The position numbers and the translations under genes are program-made. Positions 1 through 10,429 of a DNA stretch of 64,000 nucleotides are shown piece after piece. Under the pieces are notes generated by a model, which was given only the letters and a program-made list of their open reading frames with translations, searched no databases and had not been told where the DNA came from. The DNA is from Octopus vulgaris (taxonomy: Eukaryota). Numbering within the stretch: position 1 is the first letter of the stretch; each line of letters opens with the position of its first letter. The stretch lies in contig OX597841.1 of the NCBI GenBank assembly GCA_951406725.2, positions 2,666,001 through 2,730,000 on the forward strand, in the 5' to 3' direction.

Positions 1-64
1 CGGCAGACGAAATACGGCTACGCATTTCGCCCGGCGTGCTAACGGTTCTGCCAGCTCACCGCCT
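1..64 (-). mobile_element. 5' head fragment of a tRNA-like SINE (same family as 3186-3402 and 6612-7056)
   Basis: Reverse complement reads ggcggtgagctggcagaaccgttagcacgccgggcgaaatgcgtagccgtatttcgtctgccg, matching the other copies in the window. Confidence 0.65.
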
Positions 65-209
65 CTTATACCTGCCCCACAATATCATCCTAACAATAAA
101 CTATCATATAGTCAAATTCTCAAAGCTACAAGATAATACATGTTTAATTCAGGACTATATAAACAACTAAACATTACATTTAACAGAGTAAGCAGAATGC
201 TAAAGGACC

Positions 210-560
210 ATCATCATCATTTAGCGTCTGTTGTCCATACTGGCATGGGCTGGACAGTTCGACCAGGGCTGGCAAGGCTGGAGAGCTGCACCAGGTTCCA
301 GTCTGCTTTAGCTTCGTTTTTATGGTTGGATCCCCTTCCTAACACCAGAATCTGCCATGACTACAATTTCACTTGGCTTGATGGGTTTTCTTCTCAAGCA
401 CAGCATAATGTCTCTGTCATTTGTCATTGCCTCCATGAGGCCCAACACAACTAAAAAGGTGCTTTCTGTGTGCCCCCAGCATGGATGGGTACCAGTTACA
501 TGACACCAACATAAGCCATGGCTAAGATTTCACTCGGCTTGGTGAGTCTTCTGGGCCAAA
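210..560 (-). mobile_element. Degenerate non-autonomous retroelement with (GAT)n tail
   Basis: catcatcatcatttagcgtctg...catactggcatggg resembles the better preserved copy at 1640; right boundary approximate. Confidence 0.5.
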
Positions 561-640
561 ATAGAATGCAAACAGTGTTGTGAGGTGTGAAGTTGGAATT
601 GCATCAGAAGCAGTTGTTAACCGGGTGAAATTACTTCCGG

Positions 641-803
641 AATAATAATAATAATAATAATTGTGTACAGTGCTCAGGTGCACTACAACTCATCTAAAGT
701 GTATATATAATCAGGTGTAGTTTCGGCGGATTTCGGAAAGCATGAGGGCCTTAAAGGATGCAGTGTCATGGCAGTCAACAACTGACGCAGGCAGTTTATT
801 CCA
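641..803 (-). mobile_element. CR1-like LINE 3' end with (ATT)n tail
   Basis: Minus strand translates WNKLPASVVDCHDTASFKALM, a typical CR1/L2 ORF2 C-terminus, followed by a short UTR and attattatt tail. Confidence 0.65.
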
Positions 804-912
804 TGTTTGTGTTCTTTGGTGCTTTAACCACCCTGAGCAAGTTGGAGGATGAGATGTTGTAGAGATTGACGAATCCAAGTTCATGCACAGAAAATATCAC
901 GGTTATCGACAA

Positions 913-1282
913 AGGCGCAGGAGTGGCTGTGTGGTAAGTAGCTTGCTAACCAACCACATCGTTCCGGGTTCAGTCCCACCGCGTGGCATCTTGGGCAAGT
1001 GTCTTCTGCTATAGCCCCGGGCCGACCAATGCCTTGTGAGTGGATTTGGTAGACGGAAACTGAAAGAAGCCTGTCGTATATATATGTATGTGTTTGTCCC
1101 CCTAGCATTGCTTGACAACCGATGCTGGTGTGTTTATGTCCCCGTCACTTAGTGGTTCGGCAAAAGAGACCGATAGAATAAGTACTGGACTTACGAAGAA
1201 TAGGTTCCGGGGTCGATTTTCTTGACCAAAGGTGGTGCTCCAGCATGGCCGCAGTCAAGTGACTGAAACGCGTAAAAGAGTA
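913..1282 (+). mobile_element. tRNA-derived SINE, near full length
   Basis: A-box-like tggctgtgtgg, B-box-like gggttcagtccc, central ttgggcaagtgtctt; 3' tail ggtggtgctccagcatggccgcagtc...tgaaac resembles the LINE 3' end near 20175-20215. Confidence 0.75.
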
Positions 1283-1289
1283 AAGGCAT

Positions 1290-1560
1290 TGGGTTCTTGG
1301 AATGCTCGAACGGTACAGTCTGAGATATCTTAGTTCTTGTGGAAAACAGAGGTACAGCAACATTGTTGCCTATTATCACCGGCTGTGTTTTGCCAGGAAC
1401 GAAGATTATCCCAGATTCTTGGATCGCATACCATAACTTGCCACACCATTCTGCTGTCAACCACAGCGTCACCCTTGTGGATACCGCAGATGCTTCAGTC
1501 CACACAAGCACCGTGGAATGGATGTGGAGTCAAGTGAAATCAGATCAGAGGATGCATTGA
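1290..1560 (+). pseudogene. Merlin/IS1595 (ISXO2-like) DDE transposase fragment
   Basis: VENRGTATLLPIITGCVLPGTKIIPDSWIAYHNL..HSAVNHSVTLVD....VHTSTVEWMWSQVK fits the family pattern R..TL..II...V.PG..I.SD.W.AY..L...H..VNHS..FV......HT..IE..WS..K. Confidence 0.75.
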
Positions 1561-1639
1561 ATGTCTGTACTTGCATGAATTTTGTTGGCAACAATATTTT
1601 TATGAGCTTCATAAAATGTATTAGATGGGGTTATCCTGT

Positions 1640-2225
1640 ATCATCATCATCATCATCATCGTTTAGCGTCCGCTTTCCATGCTGGCATGGGTTAGACGGT
1701 TCAACTGGGGTCTGGGAAGTCAGAAGGCTGCACCAGGCTCCGGTCTGATCTGGCAGTGTTTCTACGGTTGGATGCCCTTCCTAACGCCAACCACTCCGTG
1801 AGTGTAGTGGGTGCTTTTTACGTGCCACCGGCATGGGGGCCAGGCAAGGCTGGCAACGGCCACGATCGGTTGGTGCTTTTTACGTGCCAGACAAGGCTGG
1901 CAACGGCTACGATCGGATGGTGCTTTTTATGTGCCACTGGCACGGGGGCCAGACGAGGCTGGCAGACGGCCACGATTGGATGGTGCTTTTTACATGCCAC
2001 CTGCACGGGGCCAGGTGAGGCTGGCAACGGCCACGATCGGTTGGCTCTTTTTACGTGCCAGACGAGGCTTGCAACGGCCACGATCGGTTGGTGCTTTTTA
2101 CATGCCACCGGCACAGGTGCCAGACGGGGATGGCAAACGGCCACGATCGGTTGGTGATTTTTACGTGCCACTGGCACGGGGGCCAGGCGAGGCTGGCAAA
2201 CGGCCACGATCGGATGGTGCTTTTG
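1640..2225 (-). mobile_element. Non-autonomous retroelement with (GAT)n tail and internal ~48-62 bp tandem repeats
   Basis: (cat)n cgtttagcgtccgctttccatgctggcatggg terminus; repeated ggctggcaacggccacgatcggttggtgctttttacgtgcc units at 1810-2225. Confidence 0.7.
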
Positions 2226-2659
2226 TACAAACGCGTGCATGTGTGTTAGGATGTGTGTGAGTATATGTAATAAGTGCGCATGAAGTTCATAAAATCCATT
2301 CTGTTGTTTAATTTAGCCTCAAATTCATGGGAATCTATATAATTTTATATTTATCTCTTTTGCCTTTCTTTCTTTTCTCTATGTGCCTTTTGGGTCTTGT
2401 AATTTGTATATTTTTCAGAGTTTTAAAGATACTTTTTCAAAATTGTTTTCTACACAAGGAAATAAACTGTGCAAGCAAAATTTGGTCTCTCTTCATTTTT
2501 TTGTTGTTGTTTTTTTAATGACTTTTCAATTGGTAATCATTACACTGTGAGTCTAAACCAGATTTTTAAAAAAAATTGCTACCACACACAATTAATAACT
2601 ATTTTCCATTTTCTTCTCTGGGGTAAGGTATCTATTTTTTCTTCACAAATGTAAATAAA

Positions 2660-2919
2660 CCCAATCTGTTTCTTAAACGAGGGACATATTCATACGACAC
2701 AGAATGTGTTTTTTTTTTACCTCAATAGACGTCACTGATTGGTTGAAATTGCAGAAATTGAAGAAAAAAGCAACAAATATCTTACAAACTATAGAATTTT
2801 CTCAATAGAGCCAAGAGAAAAAGATGTTTTATAAACACATTTTACCAGTATACGAAGTTTAAAATTTTTTAGTTACCTAGAAATTATGTTTAAAACTGCT
2901 ATTCAAACCGAAAAGATCC
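2660..2919. mobile_element. Right arm/TIR of a DNA transposon (same family as the MITE at 18500-19125)
   Basis: ctatagaattttctcaatagagccaagag...taccagtatacgaagtttaaaa...gaaaagatcc matches the right arm at 18995-19125; left boundary approximate. Confidence 0.65.
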
Positions 2920-3185
2920 CTATTAATTTAACCTTAGAGTAGAACTTTTTTTTTTAAATAAAAGAAAATAAATAAAGAAAACGAATAAAAGTTCACGAGA
3001 TCGAACCCGGCAGCCTACAAGGTCCAGCAACTATCTTTTCCTTCGATCAATGATTAAGCTGGGCTACTAGCACCCACCTTGCTCATCACATCCTTCCATC
3101 GTTTGTCGTATTCTCTCTGTGGCAGGGGGTCCTGCTCTCCAACCCCATCTTGCTCTTCAGATGGTATCCGAAGTAAGACAGCAAA

Positions 3186-3402
3186 CCTATTTCTTTACTA
3201 CCCACAAGGGGTTAAACACAGAGAGGACAAACGGATTACGTCGATTACATCGACCCCAGTGTGTAACTCGTACTTAATTTATCGACCCCGAAAGGATGAA
3301 AGGCAAAGTCGACCTCGGCGGAATTTGAACTCAGAACGTAGCGGCAGACGAAATACTACTACGCATTTCGCCCGGCGTGCTAACGTTTCTGCCATCTCGG
3401 GG
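3186..3402 (-). mobile_element. tRNA-like SINE
   Basis: Reverse complement of the unit repeated at 6688-7056 plus the head seen at 1-64. Confidence 0.7.
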
Positions 3403-3664
3403 CCAGAGATGAAGGACTCTTTCACAGAACCTTCCATTCTAGTCCTCCAAACACACTCTTTCAGTACTGCAGCCGTACTTTTTAAACGAAAACAAAGAAA
3501 GAAAACGAATTAGAGTTCAAAAAGATCGAATCCGGCAGCCTATGAGGCCAATACATAGAGGAATCTTTATTATGATCAAAAACGATCTTACATAGAGAGG
3601 GACATTACAAGGCCAATACATAAAGAGAGATAATTGGACTTCGCTGCATTAAATATATAGCACA

Positions 3665-3810
3665 GGGGATACGCATGCGCATCGAGCGTACTTCTTAATT
3701 GATGTCGATGTCGATATCCGATTAAATGTCCTGTCATTATAATTTATTCCTCAACTACCAGATACACACATACATAACAACACTGTCCTTTATGAAACAT
3801 TTCCGTAAGT
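3665..3810 (+). promoter_or_regulatory. Putative promoter/non-coding exon 1 module (distal copy for ZNF1), donor GT at 3805
   Basis: NRF1-like cgcatgcgca near 3672, then conserved cctcaactaccaga...ctttatgaaacatttcc|GTAAGT, also found upstream of ZNF3-9. Confidence 0.5.
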
Positions 3811-3914
3811 ATGAAGCAATGAAAATATTCAATGTTTTTAATTCTGAAGACGTTCGTCTTTTTTTTTTTTAGCTCGTCGGTTTTTTTGTGTCTCTTCTAT
3901 GTTTTATGAACGAG

Positions 3915-4868
3915 AGATGTCCTTGATTTGTGCGGAATTTAGCTGCTATTTCTTGCTATGGAATACATATGTCCCTGATTTATGCGGAATTTAGCTGCTA
4001 TTTCTTGCTATGGAATACAGATGCCCATGATTTGTGCGAAATTTGGCTGCTATTTCTTGCTATGGAGTACAGATGTCCCTGATTTGTGCTAAATTTAGCT
4101 GCTATTTCTTGCTATGGAATACAGATGTCCCTGATTTGTGCGGAATTTAGCTGCTATTTCTTGCTATGGAATACAGATGTCCCATGATTTGTGCGAAATT
4201 TGGCTGCTATTTCTTGCTATGGAAGTACAGATGACCCTGATTTGTGCGAAATTTAGCTGCTATTTCTTGCTATGGAATACAGATGTCCCTGATTTGTGCG
4301 AAATTTAGCTGCTATTTCTTGCTATGGAATACAGATGTCCCTGATTTGTGCGAAATTTAGCTGCTATTTCTTGCTATGGAATACAGATGCCCATGATTTG
4401 TGCGAAATTTAGCTGCTATTTCTTGCTATGGAATACAGATGTCCCTGATTTGTGCGGAATTTAGCTGCTATTTCTTGCTATGGAATACAGATGCCCATGA
4501 TTTGTGCGAAATTTGGCTGCTATTTCTTGCTATGGAGTACAGATGTCCCTGATTTGTGCTAAATTTAGCTGCTATTTCTTGCTATGGAATACAGATGTCC
4601 CTGATTTGTGCGAATTTAGCTGCTATTTCTTGCTATGGAATACAGATGCCCATGATTTGTGCGAAATTTGGCTGCTATTTCTTGCTATGGAGTACAGATG
4701 ACCCTGATTTGTGCGAAATTTAGCTGCTATTTCTTGCTATGGAATACAGATGCCCATGATTTTTGCGAAATTTAGCTGCTATTTCTTGCTATGGAATACA
4801 GATGTCCATGATTTGTGCGAAATTTAGCTGCTATTTCTTGCTATGGAATTCAGATGCCCATGATTTGT
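3915..4868. repeat. 52-bp minisatellite, about 18 copies
   Basis: Unit gatgtccctgatttgtgcgaaatttagctgctatttcttgctatggaataca. Confidence 0.95.
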
Positions 4869-5168
4869 TTTTGAGTGTTGGCTGTTATTTCTAGCTGTAG
4901 AAGCTACCTTCTGATGACGCCATCAGTGTGTTTTAGTTAGAGAAATATTCTGAAATGTTTAGAAGCCCATATTTTATTTTTATTCTTCGATTGTTTCTCG
5001 GTATAACTACCGATATGTGTCCAACCAAGAAGGAATTTGTTTCCTCATAACTTTCTACAAAATGGATAATATCTAACAGAAACTTCTATATAAATATTAT
5101 GCAGGAATTTGTTGTGTAAAGCAAAGTACAATTCAATGGGTTTTAGGTACTACTAGCGAACAGTGGTC

Positions 5169-5322
5169 CCGGTGCGCGCACTCGCGCCAGCTAGTCGTGA
5201 CTAGTCGATCCTTACTTTGTGTTTTTGTGTTATTTACTTTGTTTTTGTGTTTTATTTACTTTGCTAGGTGGTCGTCGTAGGATCGACTAGTCACGACTAA
5301 CTTGCGCGACTACGCGCACCGG
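5169..5322. repeat. Inverted repeat with ~44-bp arms around a T-rich spacer, MITE-like
   Basis: ccggtgcgcgcactcgcgccagctagtcgtgactagtcgatcct ... aggatcgactagtcacgactaacttgcgcgactacgcgcaccgg. Confidence 0.75.
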
Positions 5323-5325
5323 AAA

Positions 5326-5773
5326 CGTGCACCCTTAACGTAGTTCTCGGGGACATTCAGCGTGACACAGAGAGTGACAAGGCCGGCCCCTTTGAAATAC
5401 GGGTACAACAGGAAACAGGAAGTAAGAGTGAGAGAAAGTTGTGGTGAAAGAGTACAGCAGGGATCACCACCATACAGATGTCCATGATTTGTGCGAAATT
5501 TAGCTGCTATTTCTTGATATGGAATACAGATGCCCCTGATTTGTGCGAAATTTAGCTGCTATTTCTTGCTATGGAATTCAGATGCCCATGATTTGTTTTT
5601 GAGTGTTGGCTGTTATTTCTAGCTGTAGAAGCTACCTTCTGATGACGCCATCAGTGTGGAGCTTTTAGGTGTTTTCGCTCAATAAACACTCACAACGCCC
5701 GGTCTGGGAATCGAAACCGCGATCGTATGACCGCGAGTCCGCTGCCCTAACCACTGGGCCATTGCGCCTCCAC
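5326..5773 (-). mobile_element. tRNA(Arg)-like SINE interrupted by a copy of local sequence (about 5474-5658)
   Basis: Both halves match the intact copy at 10988-11376; the head carries A box tggcccagtgg and B box gtttcgattcc. Confidence 0.75.
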
Positions 5774-5844
5774 AGCCGCAACAGCGATATGGTAAGAGAG
5801 AAAGGAAGATAATTAGAGGTAGGTGGCTTAAGTATTTCAATGAG

Positions 5845-6024
5845 ATACGCATGCGCATTGACAATTCTTCCTCCCGATTAAATGTCTTGGGAAGGAATTT
5901 CTCTTAATCGGTTAATTTATAATACTTGTACCTATACCGAAGTTACGCCCATTTATCAACTACCAGACACACACGCACACATATAACACTATCCAGCGAT
6001 CCTTTATGAAACATTTCCGTAAGT
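5845..6024 (+). promoter_or_regulatory. Putative promoter/non-coding exon 1 module (proximal copy for ZNF1), donor GT at 6019
   Basis: cgcatgcgca near 5848; caactaccagacacacac...ctttatgaaacatttcc|GTAAGT; candidate acceptor tttcag at 7266. Confidence 0.55.
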
Positions 6025-6611
6025 ATTTAGCAAGGAAACCATTTAATGTTTCCAATTCTGTAGACGTTTCTGTCTTTGGTGCGTCGATTCTTTGTTTCTC
6101 TTCCATGTTTTATGAATGAGAGATGTCCTTCGTTTGTGCGAGATTTTGCTGCTATTTCTAGCTAAGGAGGACCTTAGCGAAAGTACTGGCGCAGGAAGTA
6201 AGAGGTGCCCTGTTATATATATATATATATACCACTGGAAACCTGCTACAGTGACATTATTACTTTTCCCATGCTTCCGACTGGACGGGGGGAAGAGAAA
6301 TCCAAAAACAAAAATATTTTCGAACGCCTTTTACTGGAAGACGCGTTCGGGCGATCTTTCGTCTCTAGTAGACCTTTCCGTCGATTTCCGTAAAAAATTT
6401 TTTTTTTTTTACATATGGGCTTGCGGGAACTTTTGAAGTAATGAGAGCGAAAGAGACTAAGAGAAAGCGATTGTATGACGAGGGAAGTTCCTTTGAAGTT
6501 ACCGTGCATGGCAAGCATTGATGTACATGTGTGTGTTTGATGGGGTGTGGGAGACAGACAGTATGTTGTGTAAGTGAAGTGCTTCTGTTAGTGTGTGTGA
6601 AAGAGAGAGAT

Positions 6612-7056
6612 AACTGGGGTCGATGTAATCGACTTAATACCTATGTCTGTCCTTGTTTGTTCTCTCTGTGTTTAGTAAAGAAATAAGTATTTGGTCTGCC
6701 GTTACGTTCTGAGTTCAAATTCCGCCGAGGTCGACTTTGCCTTTCATCCTTTCGGGGGTCGATTAAATAAGTACCAGTTACGCACTGGGGTCGATATAAT
6801 CGACTTAATCCGTTTGTCTGTCCTTGTTTGTCCTCTCTATGTTTAGCCCCTTGTGGGTAGTAAAGAAATAGGTATTTCGTCTGCCGTTACGTTCTGAGTT
6901 CAAATTCCGCCGAGGTCGACTTTGCCTTTCATCCTTTCGGGGTCGATAAATAAGTACCAGTTACGCACTGGGGTCGATATAATCGACTTAATCCGTTTGT
7001 CTGTCCTTGTTTGTCCTCTCTGTGTTTAGCCCCTTGTGGGTAGTAAAGAAATAGGT
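6612..7056 (+). repeat. SINE body in ~2.4 tandem copies (~185-bp unit)
   Basis: gtctgccgttacgttctgagttcaaattccgccgaggtcgactttgcc... at about 6690 and 6875, plus a partial copy from 6612. Confidence 0.85.
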
Positions 7057-7690
7057 ACTACTTAAGAGCACTTCATCCCATGTGTTTCTGGGTGTCCCAC
7101 TCCCACACATTCCATTTTCTCTTAGAGATTAGCACTTTGTGAATTGCTGGCATCCAGCTCAGTTCTTAAGGTAGATGTTTATTCCAACAGATTTTCTCAA
7201 TAGAAATGAATCTGTATTTTTTCAATAGCCTCTACATCTTACACTGTTCTTTCTATGTAATTTCAGAACATCAGATGACATTGACTTAACAGAACGAAGC
7301 ATCCTCAATACCTACCATGTTTCCAGAACTAAAGGAAAATATTATATGAAACCTGCATAACACTGTTTCTACAGATCTGTGATAGAATTCCTTTGAAACA
7401 TTTGCTCTCATATAAAATATTATTAGCCAAATTTGTGAACATCCCTGACTGGAGTGTGAAGAAGAAGAGCCTGTGTGTTGATTGAAGTTGGATAAATTAA
7501 TTGAAGTGTTGCTAAAGAAGAGTAACACTGGACAGAAATAGAGCAGAAGAACTGTTTGCAAGAAATAAAGTGAAAGAACAAAAGCAAGAAAAATATACAA
7601 ACTTAGATTTGAGGGGAACAATAATAGAAAAGCGTGGGAAAATTGTATGATTGATTTTCCCTGAACACATGGTAGATGAGGTGAGATCAT

Positions 7691-9631
7691 ATGGCTATGA
7701 TGTCTGTACAAAGTCCTTCTTTTAAAGAAAGTAACCTAATTATGCACAAACGTATTCATATGGGGGAGAAACCATATCAGTGTGATATCTGTGGTAAGTC
7801 ATTCTCTAACAGTAGTTACTTATCTAGACACAAACATATTCACACAGGAGAGAACCCATATCCTTGTAATATCTGTGGTAAATCATTCTCTGAAAATAGA
7901 ATCTTAACTGCCCACAAACGTACTCATACAGGTGAGAAACCATATCACTGTGATATCTGTGGTAAATCATTCTCTTATAATTGTGTCTTAACTGCACATG
8001 AACGTATTCACACAGGAGAGAAACCATATCAGTGTGATATCTGTGGTAAATCATTCTCTCAAAGAATTCACTTATCTACACACATACGTATTCATACAGG
8101 AGAGAAACCATATCAGTGTGATATCTGTGGTAAATCATTCTCTCAAAATAGTACCTTAATGGAACACAAACGTATTCACACAGGAGAGAAACCATTTCAC
8201 TGCGATATCTGTGATAAATCATTCACTTATAATTGTGTCTTAATTGCACATAAACGTATTCATTCAGGAGAGAAACCATATCCTTGTGATATCTGCGGTA
8301 AATCATTCTCTGAAAGTAATGCATTAACTAGACACACACATATTCATACAGAAGAGAAACTATATCATTGTGATATCTGTGGTAAATCATTCTCTTGCAG
8401 TGGTTATGTTACTGTGCACAAACGTTCTCATACAGGAGAGAAACCATATCAATGTGATATCTGTGGTAAGTCATTCGCTTGCCGTAGTAATGTTACTGCA
8501 CACAAGCGTACTCATACAGGAGAGAAACCATATCACTGTGAGATCTGTGGTAAATCATTCTCTCAAAATATTAGCTTAATGGAACACAGTCGTCTTCATA
8601 CAGGAGAGAAACCGTATCAGTGTGATATCTGTGATAAATCATTCACTTATAATTGTGTCTTAATTGCACATAAACGTATTCATTCAAGAGAGAAACCATA
8701 TCATTGTGATATCTGCGGTAAATCATTCTCTGAAAGTAATGCATTAACTAGACACACACATATTCATACAGGAGAGAAACCATATCATTGTGATATCTGT
8801 GGTAAATCATTCTCTAGCCGTGGTAATGTTACTGTGCACAAACGTTCTCATACAGGAGAGAAACCATATCAATGTGATATCTGTGGTAAATCATTCTCTA
8901 GAAGTAGTCATGTTATTGCACACAAGCGTACTCATACAGGAGAGAAACCATATCGTTGTGATATTTGTGGTAACTCTTTCTCTGAAAATACTGCCTTAAC
9001 AAAACACAGTCGTCTTCATACAGGAGAGAAACCGTATCAGTGTGATATCTGCGATAAATCATTCACTCATAATTGTGTCTTAATTGCACATAAACGTATT
9101 CATTCAGGAGAGAAACCATATCCTTGTGATATCTGTGGTAAATCATTCTCTGAAAGTAGTGCATTAACTAGACACACACATATTCATACAGGAGAGAAAC
9201 CATATCATTGTGATATCTGTGGCAAATCATTCACTCTAAATGGCAACTTAACTGTACACAAAAATATTCATACAGGGGAGAAACCATATCATTGTGATAT
9301 CTGTGGTAGATCATTCTCTCACGGTAGTCACTTATCTAGACACAAACATGTTCATTCAGGAGTGAAACCATATCATTGTGATGTCTGTGGTAAATCATTC
9401 TCTCAAAATTGTGATTTAACAGAACACAAATATATACATACAGGAGATAAACCATATCATTGTGATATCTGTGGTAAATCTTTCATCCGCAATTATGACG
9501 TAACTAGACATAAATGTATTCATACAGGAGAGAAACCATATCAGTGTGATATCTGTGGTAAATCATTCTCTGACAATAGAAACTTAATGAAGCACAGACC
9601 TATTCATACAAGAGAGAAAGGAAAAGGGTAA
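7691..9631 (+). CDS. ZNF1: C2H2 zinc-finger protein, 22 tandem fingers, no effector domain
   Basis: Uninterrupted C-x2-C-x12-H-x3-H repeats with TGEKPY linkers; true start may be the MHKRIH ATG at 7742. Confidence 0.9.
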   Translation: MAMMSVQSPSFKESNLIMHKRIHMGEKPYQCDICGKSFSNSSYLSRHKHIHTGENPYPCNICGKSFSENRILTAHKRTHTGEKPYHCDICGKSFSYNCVLTAHERIHTGEKPYQCDICGKSFSQRIHLSTHIRIHTGEKPYQCDICGKSFSQNSTLMEHKRIHTGEKPFHCDICDKSFTYNCVLIAHKRIHSGEKPYPCDICGKSFSESNALTRHTHIHTEEKLYHCDICGKSFSCSGYVTVHKRSHTGEKPYQCDICGKSFACRSNVTAHKRTHTGEKPYHCEICGKSFSQNISLMEHSRLHTGEKPYQCDICDKSFTYNCVLIAHKRIHSREKPYHCDICGKSFSESNALTRHTHIHTGEKPYHCDICGKSFSSRGNVTVHKRSHTGEKPYQCDICGKSFSRSSHVIAHKRTHTGEKPYRCDICGNSFSENTALTKHSRLHTGEKPYQCDICDKSFTHNCVLIAHKRIHSGEKPYPCDICGKSFSESSALTRHTHIHTGEKPYHCDICGKSFTLNGNLTVHKNIHTGEKPYHCDICGRSFSHGSHLSRHKHVHSGVKPYHCDVCGKSFSQNCDLTEHKYIHTGDKPYHCDICGKSFIRNYDVTRHKCIHTGEKPYQCDICGKSFSDNRNLMKHRPIHTREKGKG

Positions 9632-10042
9632 TTTCTTGTTTATTATATATTTTTAATATTTCTGTTTTGTGCAATGGAAAATATGACTGAAGTATTTCAA
9701 AAATTAAAAAAAAATTTTTGTGTTTTGTTTTCGCAAATTTTCACCTCTCCTTGTTCCACAGCCGCTGGTGCGGATTCCTTTCTTTAATGTTAGGACTTCT
9801 GTACCAAAACTCTTCCTCCTGACAACCCTACGCATTATATATTATTGAATATTGTATCCTGTAATTACAGTATATTTATTGCTGTATAGTAAAAGATCTG
9901 ATTTCCTCCTACTCTTACGACACCGAACACCATTGCAATTCTTGACTAACACGTAGAATATTGTCGTAAATGGATAATTTGGTTTTTGTTCGTAAAATAG
10001 GATAATATATTTTCAGAGAGACCTGAAAGATAAAACATTTAA

Positions 10043-10263
10043 CCCTTTAGTGTTCGCATTATTCTGCCAAAATTAATTCTTTTTCATCCACACTGTTTTG
10101 AACTAATCATGTATTATCTTGTAGCTATGAGATTTTGATGAGGTAGCTGTTAATTTTTAAAACGACATTGTAGGGTTGGCGTGAGAGACCAGATATGGCT
10201 AATTTGAACATAAAACAGGTAGAATATTTTGGGCCGGATATGGCCAGTTTAAATGCTAAAGGG
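10043..10263. mobile_element. piggyBac-type MITE
   Basis: TTAA|ccctttag ... ctaaaggg|TTAA, i.e. CCC/GGG termini with a TTAA target site. Confidence 0.75.
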
Positions 10264-10429
10264 TTAAAGTATAAACGATAAAAAAAACAATTACCAAGAG
10301 ATTAAAACGCAATTGCTTCACCAATGAAAGAAAAAGAGAAAAGTTGGGTGGGGAGGGGCTTTTGATCTTTTATGCTTTTGTTGTAATTTTTTCTTCCTGT
10401 AGAAATCTGTTGCTAAATAAAAATCTATG

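Noticed and set aside
1756-2260. Overlapping 133-149 aa ORFs on both strands
   Set aside because: Products of a GC-rich tandem repeat inside a retroelement.
3915-4868. CRISPR-like array
   Set aside because: Contiguous 52-bp units with no unique spacers, no cas genes, and a eukaryotic context.
9624-9634. GG|GTAATT or GG|GTAGTT at the ZNF stop codons as splice donors chaining arrays together
   Set aside because: Weak consensus in most copies, and splicing to the next acceptor meets a stop within about 20 codons (checked for ZNF1 to ZNF2).
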